Source of the DNA: Lama glama
Taxonomy: Eukaryota
NCBI GenBank assembly: GCA_028534125.1
Contig: CM052817.1
Span: forward strand, 8,000,001-8,064,000
Reading direction: 5' to 3'
Length of the DNA stretch: 64,000 bases
In this document: piece by piece, positions 26,690-38,481 of the stretch
Layout of the letters: each line of letters begins with the position of its first letter
Numbering within the stretch: the first letter of the stretch is position 1
Notes under the pieces: generated by a model
Told to the model about the DNA's origin: nothing
What the model saw: only the letters and a program-made list of their open reading frames with translations
The model's database searches: none
Program-made: the position numbers and the translations under genes

Positions 26690-26910
26690 TTTATTACACA
26701 CTTACCCCATGCCAGGAACTGTGTAAAGCAAAGTGCTGTAAGTATGTCCCCTCATTCCATCCTTAAAATCACCCAGTGAGGTAAGTATTACTGTGTTTTA
26801 CACACCAGGAAACGGAGCCCCGGAGAAGCTGCGGCATCTGCCCAAGGCTGCAGGGCTGCAGGGCTGCAGAGCGGCAGAGACAGGACGCTAACCCGATCTG
26901 TCAGACTCTC
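26690..26910 (-). mobile_element. MIR relic
   Basis: acatttatt...atgccaggaactgtg...gtgaggtaagtattact...ttttacacaccaggaaacggag. Confidence 0.65.
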
Positions 26911-27334
26911 AAGACTTCCCTTCTTTCCAGGAGACCGTGTTGTTTCATTTCCCTGTGACTTACGACGTTACGTGTGTTCACACATTCGCTGAAATGCTTA
27001 ACGATGCGAATAAAAGGCATTCATCACTGTAATCCCTAATGGAGATAACAGAAATATTAGCAAAGGCTGAAGTGAAAACAGTTCAAGTGAGGCCTAATTT
27101 TTTACAAGGCCAAGGAATAATTTACTTTATCACAGCAAAGAATTTTATTTGACAAATGCATACTTTGTCATCTCTGGTCTGCTGAAAATGTAAGTTTACA
27201 TTTTTCCTAGCCATAAAATTAAAATAATTTTGGCTGCAAAAATCTAAGAAGAAATCCCATTCTAGGGTCAAGCATTTCCCTGGAAATTTAGATGCTAAAT
27301 ATGGAGCGTGAATAAATGCCATCCCAGTCGGGCA

Positions 27335-27615
27335 TGGCGGATGCCTGAGTCTGTTGGATCAGGGTTCAAATCCCTGTTCTGCCTCCTGTTGACCCGGTGA
27401 CATCGAACAAGACATTTCACTCCTCCAAGTCTCAGCTTCCTGATCTGGAAGATGGGAATCACAACTCCCAAGGCAGGCCTGGGATGAGGGTCCAATCAGA
27501 TGCCCACGTACACTGCATGGCAAAGCAGATGGGCTGTTAACTTGGCTGTTACGAAAATCCGTGCAAAGCGCCTAGAACGGGACCTGGTGCGGAGAGGCTT
27601 CTCAGTGAATCTTTA
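27335..27615 (+). mobile_element. MIR relic(s)
   Basis: gggttcaaatccctgttctgcc...tctcagcttcctgatctggaagatgggaat...aaagcgcctagaac. Confidence 0.7.
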
Positions 27616-28355
27616 ATGCCTTCCCTCTATCCTCCTTCTCTCGTTCCTCATCATCGACAGCCAGGGGTGGGCCTTCGAGGAGAGCACCGGCAACAAACCG
27701 GTCCCCTCCGCTCCTGGTTGTGGGAGGAGTAATGGGCCGAAGCCCACATCTTGGTTCACTCAGCTTCCTGTCAGCTTTTTACAGCATCATCCCTGCACCC
27801 TGACCCAAACACAGGGCAGCCGGCCAACCTGTGAGCGGGCCACCTGCCAATGTGGAAGACAAATTTGAGAACGTGTCAGAGGATTGGGATAAGGGACAGA
27901 ACAGGGGGTGGAGGTGGGGCGGGAGGAAATGGTTAAGTTGGCTCAAGAGTCGAGGGTTTTAGGGAAGCTGGAAAGAGATGATCCCTCACCCTGAAGTGAG
28001 GAACAAAGGAGGCAATTTCAGAAGAATCTGGACTGCTAGTGGGAGAAGCAAAAGACGGGGCGAACTCAGGGGCTCCGTACCGCTCCATTAGGGCTGGGTA
28101 GCCAAAGTTGGCCCCCAAGTCACACTGAGAAAAGCAGACAGAAAAGGCCAATAGTTCATGAATATGTTTGGAACTGTTACAAGTTTCTGAGGTCCTTCCT
28201 CCCAAGACTGGAGTCTCATTTCAGCTCCATGAAGTTCTCTGGGCTGTCACTATGGTTATCATCCCCATTTTACAGATTTGCAAATGGAGGCCTCAAAGCT
28301 GGCAGTGTGTTCTTGGTCACATAAGGGAGGAGAGACACAGAGAGATGAGTTTGTC

Positions 28356-28469
28356 CAGTGGTTCCCAAACTGAATCCAGAGCCCTGCATCTGGGGTGGAG
28401 CCCCAGAATCAGTGTTTTTTTTTAAGCTTCCCAGGTGATTCTGATCACAACCAGGTTTGGAAACCACTG
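28356..28469. mobile_element. Short MER5A-like MITE
   Basis: TIRs cagtggttcccaaact / aggtttggaaaccactg, with internal aagcttcccaggtgattctgat. Confidence 0.8.
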
Positions 28470-29379
28470 AGAGTAACAAACTCACTGCATATAAAGAAAT
28501 GGAGCCTGACAGAGGTGGAGGAATTTGCCCATGGTCACATAGCCAGTTAGAAGCTAAGACAAGGTCAGTCTCTTGGTCACCTGTCCCCAGGACAGAGCTC
28601 CTCCCAGCTCACCCCATGGGCTGCTTAGTTGCTGATGACAACCTACAATACTGGTAGGTTTCATTCATTCAATAAACGTTGATTGAGTGCTTCTTCAATG
28701 CCAGGCACCAGGGAGATGCAAACAACAGGGGGGTTCTTGGCCGTGGAGAGCTCATGGTCTGAAGGGGACTGGGACAAGCAGCCTCATGGCTGCAGGGTGG
28801 CCTGGTGGTGCTACAAGCCTGGTGGGTGCTTCTAGCATGGGGCCTCTGGCAAGGCTGTGGTCAGTTGAGAAGCTGGACGACTCACTTCCATGTGCAAGCA
28901 AAGGGCACAAGAGGGCTTGGTAACGTCTGCTTGGGATGGGGAGTGTGGGGTGGGGAAGGGGAGGGCTGGGAGGGAGGACTAAGGCTTCAGAGGAAGGGAG
29001 AGAAAAATAAGGAAAACAAAGGCTCCTTATATGGAAGGTGGGTTACTTTTGTTTTAATAAGCCACTTGTGTGCTGTGACTTTATACAACTCAAGTTAGAA
29101 TAAACAATTTTGAACTAACGATTGCTAAGGATATTTACTGGGTGTATAAGAAACAATTTGACATTACTAAAATATGTCAAGACCAAAATAGAGGCACCAG
29201 GAAAACGTCCCTGTAGGCACGAGTCTTTGCTACCATAGAGACATCCTATCTGCCTTTGCTCACAGCTGTTGGGAAAGTCAGTCCACATCAGTGCCATGTA
29301 GAGGACCACACAGGTCAGCGAACCCACCACATTTACAGGAGGAATTTACCAACTCTAATGCTGCCAGTGTCGTGGGGAA

Positions 29380-29905
29380 GTGGACACTTTCACTTGCCAT
29401 TAGCAGGATAAGTTGTACAATATTTCTGAAATGCAGTTTGGCAAATTTTATCAAAATATGAAATATTTTCAAAATACCCTTTGAACCAGCAATTCTACTT
29501 TTAGGAATTTATCTCAGGGATAAATATATACAAGAAAATATAGAAAGATATACGTAGGATGTTCAACAAGGCATACTTTATAATAGTGAAAATTTGGGGA
29601 AAAAATAAATGTCCACAGATCACAGAGTGATTAAATTATCCTGTTATACACTTGAAAACCATGAAGCCATTAAAAATGATGATGTGTATTATGTTTATGG
29701 ATTTCGAAAATGTCTTTAATATCATTTGTCAACAAAAGCAAATTTCAAAACAAGTTATTTAATATAATGCAATTTATTATAATTTCTGGAACTGCATTTA
29801 TCCATATCTGGTACATGGGTTTTCACCAAAATGTCAACATTGACAGGGAAGGGGCGATCTTAATTTCTTTATTTTTCTCTGTATTAAGTATTTTACAGCA
29901 TTTCT
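29380..29905 (+). mobile_element. Ancient L1M 3' fragment
   Basis: ataccctttgaaccagcaattctacttttaggaatttatc...catacttataatagtgaaaatttgg-like sequence. Confidence 0.7.
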
Positions 29906-30314
29906 ACAGTCAGAACAAATGGTAGCGTTATCTTCATTTGGGGATTAGAAGTTTTAAAGAAACTAGGCTAATTTCAACCTGACAACAGAGATTGCAAATA
30001 TTCATTCATCCTTCATTTTTACAGGCTAACTCCCTGTAAATACATATTCATGCAATTTGTTTATATACTGAGTCATGAAAACGGTTTGCTCAGTCACTGG
30101 AAGCTGTTTAGTAAGCACCACCACGCCTGAGGCACAGGGACGGTAATGAGGGGGGCGGATAACACGGCAGTTGGGGTGTCAGGCTTCTGAGCAGGCCGAC
30201 CTGGGTCTGATCCCGGTTCCACCGCCTTTGGACAACCGTACAACCTCAGACAGGTTGTTAAACTGCCCTGAGCCATAGCTTTCCCGTCTGCCAGAGATGA
30301 TACAAGTACCCACT

Positions 30315-30550
30315 GTATTAGTCACCTATTACTCTGAAGCAAATTACACTGAGATTTTAAAACAACAGTAATGATTTGTTCTCTCTCACAGTTTCTGTGA
30401 AGCAGGAGTTTGGGGCACCCTGGCTGGGTGTTTCTACCTGGTGGTCTCTGGTGAAGCTGCAGGCTCATGAAAAGCCAGGGGTTCACTTCCAGGCTGGCTG
30501 CATCAAAGGGCTGGCAAGTTGATGGCAAGCTTCATCGTAGGCCATCTGGA
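30315..30550 (-). mobile_element. MLT1-type LTR fragment
   Basis: tgtattagtcacctatt...aaaacaacagtaatgattt...tctcacagtttctgtg...caggagtttggg. Confidence 0.65.
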
Positions 30551-32229
30551 AGGCTAACTAACATACATCGGATGAGAAGATGTTTATACAGAACTCAGGA
30601 TGTCTGCACTGCATCCATTATAAACCACGGCAACAATAAAGAGCACATGTAACCGTCCTGCGCAAGCGAGCCCCGGAAACTGAGCTCAGAGATATTAAGT
30701 GGTTTGACTAGTTATGCAGTCAACTGATCTTTGAGCTGGGAGAAGAAACACGTTTTCCAACTCGTCTCTTCAGCGTCCCTCTTTCCCTAGAGGAAATCTC
30801 AGTGGAGACATGGAAGTGAGGGACCACAAGGTAGTCACAAGAGCTAAAGATGAACAGATGTCTCAGAAGGAAGGATAGGGAAGCTGCTGGAGGATTCAGA
30901 ATGTCGGGCTGATGGGAAAGGCCCTGAGGAGCCATGAGGGATTTGGAGTGAGACTGACCTAATTCAAACCCGTAGGTCAAGTCCCCCCCTACAGCTGCAG
31001 CATGAAGGTGATGTGGAGGTCTCTGAAGAAAGCGGGCTGTTAGAGCAATGCAGGCAGCAGCCAAGGAAGAGGAGAAGGGGCCTGAGAGACACAGTGGCTC
31101 AGAGTCCAAGCCACGTGCAACCTGCGGATTCAGGTTAATTAAGGATTAAGGAGGCCAGGTCACCAGGCTTAGGGGAGAGTGGCTGACTGAGCTGGTACAT
31201 GCACAGTGCCTCCCTCAGCCCCAACTCCAGCCCTGAGTCTACTTCAGTCTACAGCGCATGAGGCCTAAGAGTACTCAGTGTGACTTCGAAGAAGGACTTT
31301 AAAACAAGTCATCTGCCCTTCCTCGTTTCCAGCTCTGCAGCATGGAAAACTGATGAAATGAAGGGCCAGATAGAATGGAATGTACATGGTTCTGAGCTCA
31401 GCCCAAAGGCCCTGCTCCACTGAAAGGCTTGCTTCCCAAGGATGAAGGTGCTGGGAGGGTCGCCTCACTCAAGGCTGTCAGGCCAAGCTTCACTTCCCCT
31501 GTTAAATCTGTTCTGACTGCCCCTCACCCCTGTCCGGGGGGAACCGAGCTGCTCCCAGCACCCTGTACGCCATTACCAGGATGGACGCTCTCCTAGGACA
31601 CCAGGATGCCCTACGAACTGCAGGACAGAGGCTGTGTCCCTAGGCATCTTAGGCCCCTGGGGCCCAGCCCGAATATTATGACTTAGCTCTCCAAAAAAGT
31701 TTGACAAATAATTTTCTCTCTTAATATCGTCAGCTTTGCATCCAGACACTAAGGTTTACATTCACAAGAACTGCGATCTAGTAGCCAAAGGGTGGAATTC
31801 ACCCCCTCAGTAGGACTGCCATTCACATCAAAGGTCTTGTAGATTTAATCACACATTTTACAGGATAGTGAAATGATCAGTTCTAACGGAATAGTGTGAC
31901 AATTTTCTAGAAGAGAGAAATAAATGATTTGAGAAAGGAAAATTTTTTCTTAACTGGCTTAATGATTCTGTATGGGTTAGCAGTGGCCCTGTCCATACAC
32001 TGGTTTTATTTGGCCAATGTAACTTTAAAAATGGGGTTAGAATGGCTGTAGCCGGGCACATGCTCTCCCTATTGTTTTATATGCTTAACTGCTTTGTGTT
32101 CATTTATTTACTTACCTAGCCCCTAACGCCATGAGTTTGCAACCCTGCAACCTGACACTTCATAAAACATAGAGCAGATGCTTGCAAGGTTCTGTCTTGG
32201 GCTGCATCAGAATTTTCTTCCGATAGCTT

Positions 32230-32450
32230 CTATCTACCTACCCTGCTTCTGGCGTCCTGTAGGTTACATACTGGAAGTTTAAGCTTTTTCCGAAGCATGG
32301 TCTCACCTCTCTGGAGACTACCACCAGTCTCTCTCGGAAGCTTTCCCTTTTCCAAATTAAGCATACCGTCTTCCTTCAACAGTTTCTTACGACATTGTAT
32401 CTTTTCACCATGATCAGAATGTGCCCTCTTAAAGAGGGGCACCCATAGAA
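32230..32450 (-). mobile_element. CR1/L3 LINE 3' relic
   Basis: The minus-strand peptide LLKEDGMLNLEKGKL resembles the CR1 ORF2 C-terminal motif (RLKELGLFSLEKRRL). Confidence 0.55.
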
Positions 32451-35400
32451 GGAAAAATAATGTCAGCATAGCCTAATCCCTTGCAATTCAAAGTGTAATC
32501 CAAAAGTCAGCAGCATTAGTACTCCTTGGCAGCTTGTTATAAATTCAGAGCCTCAAACCCCACCCTAGACCTACTAAATCAAGATTCTCCAGGTGATACG
32601 TATGCACAAACTAACCCAGAGAATAGAGACTCTTTTTGCATTAACATAGTCTAAGATTGTACTAAGTAATCCTATAAGAGGCAATTACCTTATACTGTTG
32701 ACCCTGATTCCTGTTATCTGAAATCCCTGATTCTTCACTCACTGTTAAGCTACATCTTCCTATATTACAGTTTTATTGAAGCATTTAACTGATTCCATTC
32801 CGATGAGTTATATGTGTACCTAGACTAAGACCTTAAGGACAAAACGCAGACATGTTCATCTCGACCTTTGGTGCCAAGCAAAGCCCCTGGTACATAACAG
32901 CCGCTTATGTAAGAACTAACAAGGAAATAAACTAACCCGAGCCAAAGTGACAGAGGAAACCGAGTCATGCTGTTACTCAGTTCAAGCCTGCCTTAATCTG
33001 GGGCTCGGTGTCAGGGACGGGGCTTCTCCCCATGTCTCACCTCTGCTCCCTTGGCATGAGCTCTGGATTTGGGCAGGTTCTCCCTTCGTGTCCTCAAACC
33101 GGCTGCCAGTGCTGCTCACAGCTACAGCCTGTCTCATTCAAGTCCAGTGGGCAAAGAGTCATTTGGGAACTTCAGGGGATGAAAGCTTTCTTTTCTTTTT
33201 TCTCGTTTTTCAGAAACCTCAGCAAATGTCCCTTCCAGTTTCATTAGCTCTGATGGAGTTAGCTGAGCCAATCACTGAGACCAAGAGGAATTAATATCCT
33301 AATAGGTTTAAGCCAGTGAGAATCCATCCCTAGAGCTGTGAGTGGTTGAAAATGAAGGTGGGATCCACCGGGAAATCAGGACACTGTTGTTGGGAGAAGC
33401 GGTGACCTGATGCTGGGGAGGCCGCTGGCAGACGTCCATCACAACGCTCAGAAGGTCTGCATTTCCATTTTCTTTGAATCTTGCAACTGTTTTCCAGGAT
33501 GTCCAACATTGCAGCAGTCACTGCACGGGTTATGGCCAGAAAACTTTTCTATTTTTAAATGACACACACACTATTATGCCCCATCACATTGTTTCAGTGA
33601 TCGACTTTAAAGGGTCCTGGCTTACCTCCTCCTGGAATAATAAAGCAGTCACAGGAGTTCTTTGGGCCACTCCAAAAACCACTCCAGAGTGGTTTGCCAC
33701 ACATAATAGAGGGTGCACTTGAAAAGCAGCATCCAATGACCAGTTCTGGCTGAAAACTTTTGTGTTTTCAAAAGTTCAATAAGCAGCAGAAGTGACCACA
33801 ATGTGTTTGAAACTTTATAGCTTGAGTCTTCAGGAGACAAAGTGCCTAAAACTAGATGGAAAGACTTATAATTTTTTAAATTAAAAACTGTAGACAGGAG
33901 AGGTAACAGTCAAAGTAAAAAAAGCATGAATCCTATTTTTTTGTTTCAAAAATAAAACCCGAGGTATGGGGAAAATTGTAATATGGAATTCAGAAATCTG
34001 CTTTGGCCATATGCTTACTGCGTGTTCACTGCGCCTGCCTTCCCCGAGCCAGAAGGCCCTCAATGACCCTTCAAGCTTAGGACGGGACAGACATGAAACC
34101 AATGAGACCAACAGCAGGGGAGGCATTTTTCTGTCCTCCCTTCTGTGATCAGAGGGCAAACTTACCACCATGAGCCTCTCTAGACACACACCGCTTGCCA
34201 GTCTAGATGGTCGGCGTGAGAAAGTGGGTGGACCAGCACTGGCCGTCACCACTTCTCAGAAGAACACCTAGGCTTGATCAACATCTAGGAAGGTCAGCTG
34301 TATGATCTCTACAAAGGGAAGGCAACCTAATTCAGTACTCGGCCGAGTGCACCCTCTCTCAGAAATGGTTTGTGTGGATCCTGGCTCTACCCTCAAGCAG
34401 GGATTTAGTGTACATCACTCACTCCCCGCTGCAATGTCCTCGTACATAACAGGGACAATGACACCCTTCTCATAGTCTGGTGTGGAAATAAAACAGCTCC
34501 TGTGACAAGTGCCTGGAAATGTCCTGGGAGAGAAAACCGACAAAGCCATTCCCTCACCTGCCCTCTGTTCAGTGCCCTTTAGTGCTCTGACTTTTATAAA
34601 CACACAACTGAAGTACCCTGGTCTGATTGCAGATCTTCTGTAGTTTCTCTCTGCCTCCTCCAGATGCCTGTACAATCATACGTACGTGTTAAGTCACACC
34701 TTTTAATATTGCAATAATTGGGACTGAAAAAAAAAACACTTTTAAAAATCTTCAAATTTTCACATAGATGTATAAATGACAAGAAATGATCAAAAAGGCA
34801 TGGTCTTACCCCTTACTGAATGTAAAGCAGGGCAAGTTTAGTTAACAGTAGACCTCAACCAACCACAGCTTTAAAGTAGCAGCAGCAACAACAAACATCT
34901 CTCCTATTAGACTGTACGGTCCTTGAGGGTTGAAATCTTTTATTCAACTTTATACTCTCCTAAACGGCCCTAGCCAACCGACCAGCATGTATCAGAAAGG
35001 TCTTGAAAGGAAGGATAAGCTGAACTATCCTGAAGGGCATGCCACCTTGAAAGGCTTAAAAAGGCTGCACAGTTGCTAGAAAGTGAAAAGCACAGAAATC
35101 GAAGTGGGGAAAGCTGGACTCACTGCCTAATGAGTGCCGCAGGCCCAAGTTTCAAAATTTCTTAGATTTCAAATCACTCTTGAAAAAGTGTTAACCCTGG
35201 CCAAGAGACAGAAGATCTCCTATAGGGTCTATCACTGTTATTTCATGACCTCAAGTTCCTTTTCTTTTTTAATTAAAAAACTACGATCTTACCTGAACAG
35301 CGCCCACCCTGGACAGCAAGGAGTGCCAGAAGCAGTCCAGCTCACCCGGCCTCAGAACTGCCAGGGTCGTCCCCACTTCTGGCAAGCTCCTTTCCTCTCC

Positions 35401-36184
35401 GACCTTCAGTTTCCCTTGCCACGCAAGATGTGAAACAACAAGGTTTCTAAAATCCCTTATAGCTGTAAAATTAGATGCCCAAAATTCCTGCACACACTTA
35501 CAGCAAGTCTCCTCCAGGGAAGGCACCCTGACAGGCACTCCTGAAGGGACGCAGGAGAGGACAGGGTCTGCCCTTCAACAGGCTCATCGTCTATGAACAG
35601 TAAAACACAAGGACACGGACAAGTGGGACCCAAGGCAGAAAGGGGTAATGGCCACCTGAGAGGTACTCACGTGGAACCTGCAGCTGTGGAGACGAGGACT
35701 GGCTTTGGAGGGGCAGCATTCACCCTGTTTCACATGGCAAACACGGGGCACCCAGTACTCGGGTGCCCACACAAAACACAACACAACTCTACCAGGACAG
35801 AGCCCTGCCCTCGTGGTGCCTAGACGCCGGCTGGCAGAAGGCAGACATTGGGAGAAGGGGGAGGAATTCCAGGCAGAGGGGCCTGTGCAGCAAAGACAGG
35901 ACGGCAGAGCTTCATAAGCACACAGGAGCGAGCCCACGGCTCTGCTGGCGCACAGACAGGAGGCGGGTGGAAAAGCAGCGTGAGGAAAGGTACGGGGCAG
36001 AATGCCACTGACATGGAGCCCTGAAATGCCGGGCTACAGAGTCCGGGTTTTAACTGGTCTAACAGAATCACCTAACAACTCTAAGTTACTCATGTTTATT
36101 AAGCTTCACACAATCACTGGTCTGAATCCAAAGAATCTTTGTTTTTCTATACCTAAAGAATATGGCAGAAAGAAAATTCCCCCC

Positions 36185-37041
36185 CAAAAGTAATTTAAAT
36201 AAATTTATTTGCAGGAGAAAAACATCTGAACATCAGGTACAGTCTGATCCACAGTGATCCAACAATAGTCATAGCTCATCCTGGGAGTTCTCTTACGCAG
36301 CCTGCAGGAGGAAGTCCACTGGAGCAGCAGCTGGACGTTTATCAGAATTCACAAAGCCGTCTAACTTGAGTATCACACAATACATACTGACCATGATACA
36401 GTAACAAAAATACAATATCAAATACTCACTATTTCGTGAACTACAGCTACAATATAAACAATTTCGGCCCTTTCTTAAAAAAATGAAAAAAAGTATTTCT
36501 ATTATAGCTTTATTTCAAGCATTTTCAGTTAGATACAGCTTTACATATTTTTACTTACAATAGATAGCAAAAGAATGCCTTCTTAAGTATCTGTAGATAA
36601 AATATATTACTTGTTTAAATGTTTGCACTCCGAAGCATACTTTGCCAGGTATCAGTTCAGATAAGAGAATGAAACTGTGCTCTGGCAAAATCCTGGCTGA
36701 TGGTCAAGACCTGGAGAGTTTTCATATTTGTTTAAAAAAATTTACATCGGGGAAAAAAGAAGTGAGGACATAAAGAGAACCAACATTATTCTTTTACAAT
36801 GAAGCAGTCTACTTCCAGAGAATGGGCTTTCCATTCAAAGTGTGTGGTCCCGAAGCTGAATTCTTTCCAGTCCAAGGAGCTGCCTGCGGCTGTGAGGCAG
36901 CTCGTAATGATGAAGCGAGTTAAGAGGAAAGTGTTAACTGAACTACAGAGATGGTCACTGATAAAGCAAGTTCCTAGAGGTCCTCAGGCCCACACAGAGG
37001 CGAAGGGCAGCCAGAACTATCAATACAAAAGAAAAATGCGC
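36185..37041 (-). other. RAB28: RAB28 3'UTR (distal end approximate)
   Basis: AT-rich, apparently repeat-free sequence from the TGA stop down to the minus-strand AATAAA at 36204-36209. Confidence 0.7.
36204..36209 (-). terminator. Probable main polyadenylation signal AATAAA of RAB28
   Basis: Plus-strand tttatt, followed on the minus strand by U/G-rich sequence (ttttggggggaattttctttc). Further AATAAA hexamers lie at 36509-36514 and 36095-36100. Confidence 0.65.
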
Positions 37042-37134
37042 TCACTGAACTGCACACATAGCGCTTCTAGGAGGGTTAACAGTTCTTGACATAGGTTCCT
37101 GGTTGTAGTTTACAATATCTGCCTTCACCACCCT
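37042..37134 (-). CDS. RAB28: RAB28 terminal coding exon, C-terminus of the Rab28S-type isoform
   Basis: Minus strand reads ttttcttttatgacag|AGG GTG GTG AAG...TGT GCA GTT CAG TGA. It encodes [30 protein letters not shown], ending in CaaX CAVQ, phase 0. Confidence 0.96.
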   Translation of the reverse strand, partial: RVVKADIVNYNQEPMSRTVNPPRSAMCAVQ

Positions 37135-38391
37135 CTGTCATAAAAGAAAACAGAGTTATTATCAGGACATCAGAACATTTCGAAAGAGCTCCTTAGAGTA
37201 TATTTTTATTTTCTGAACTCTGGTGAACTCCTGATGATAGACATCATAAATGAAGCAGGAGCTGATATTAAAAGAATCATCCAGAACCAACTAAAGTCGA
37301 GCTGGGGTTTTTTTTTCGGTTGGGGGAGGTTTGGTTTGTTAAAGGCTGTAACAGCAATTCTTTTAAATGGAGTCTTCTCTGGTTATGTGACATTAACTTG
37401 AGGTTCTCACAAGTCTAATAAAAAATCGGCAAATCAATATGAAAAATTAAACCCTGGTTATAATTTAAAGCAAAGGAATTAAAATTAATCATTTACATAT
37501 TTTAACTCTTAAGACTTCATCATTTCATAGTAAAAAATGTCATTATTAATATTTTCATAAGCCATTATTCCCAAACACAACTTTTAAAATGTTAATCAAT
37601 TTGTGAGTTAGTGAGAAGAGTTATAAATATTAAAGAGATGTGACATATAAAGAAGAAATGTTCTGAGCAACCCAATTTTTAAAACTTTTTTAATTTTTAA
37701 TACTTTTCTCACAAATCCCTAACTTACTTCCAAAACAGCTATTAGGTTATGAATAATGACTCTAACAAAATATAGAATAATGAGAAATTTACAAAATTAC
37801 CTTATATTTTTAAAATAATTTAAACTAAAAGACACTTTCAGCTCTTCCTTCCTTCCCTCTAACACACACTTCAAGGAATGTCTTAAATAATGAATTTAGC
37901 AATATATCCTAACAATCATCTCTAAGTAATAAATTTAAATTAAAACAAATCCTTTACCATTTTCAACTTTTTTTCACTAAGTCTGCACATACAAGCAGAC
38001 AAAGAAGGATAATTCAAGGCAAATTTTTAAAATATTCTTTCAATTATCAGGCTATTTCAGGAAAAATGGTGAAGAATGAATAATGAAATAACTGCCTCAA
38101 TTCTCCACTTCACTGCACATGTAATAAACACAACCATAAAGACAAATACGTTTGACAGTAACTGAAATGTTATTTTAATTTGTTCCCAATTCCTTGTTTA
38201 AATCGTAAGCCTCCTGACAAAAGATCGATTTTTCAAAGTTCTGAAACAGGACTTCTGCAATATTAATTCCCAATAATACACAACAATCATTTGAATGTCT
38301 CTATTCATAAGGAATAAGGAACAAGATAGCATTCACTAGTCCTCCCCACCCGCCTCCCCCCGAATTGCAAGTTTATTCATTAATACCTGCA

Positions 38392-38481
38392 CTACTGTAC
38401 TGAACAGATTCTACTCTGAGCAGAGCTGGTAAGTTGATTATCTTCTTCCGGGTACTTCACTATTTCTGCCCTGACAATACG
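38392..38481 (-). CDS. RAB28: RAB28 alternative 95-nt cassette exon (exon 38387-38481), C-terminus of the Rab28L-type isoform
   Basis: Minus strand reads attgacag|CGT ATT GTC...TGT TCA GTA CAG TAG TGCAG|gtatta. It encodes RIVRAEIVKYPEEDNQLTSSAQSRICSVQ*, ending in CaaX CSVQ. The 95-nt length agrees with the known Rab28L insertion (recalled). Confidence 0.93.
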   Translation of the reverse strand, partial: RIVRAEIVKYPEEDNQLTSSAQSRICSVQ

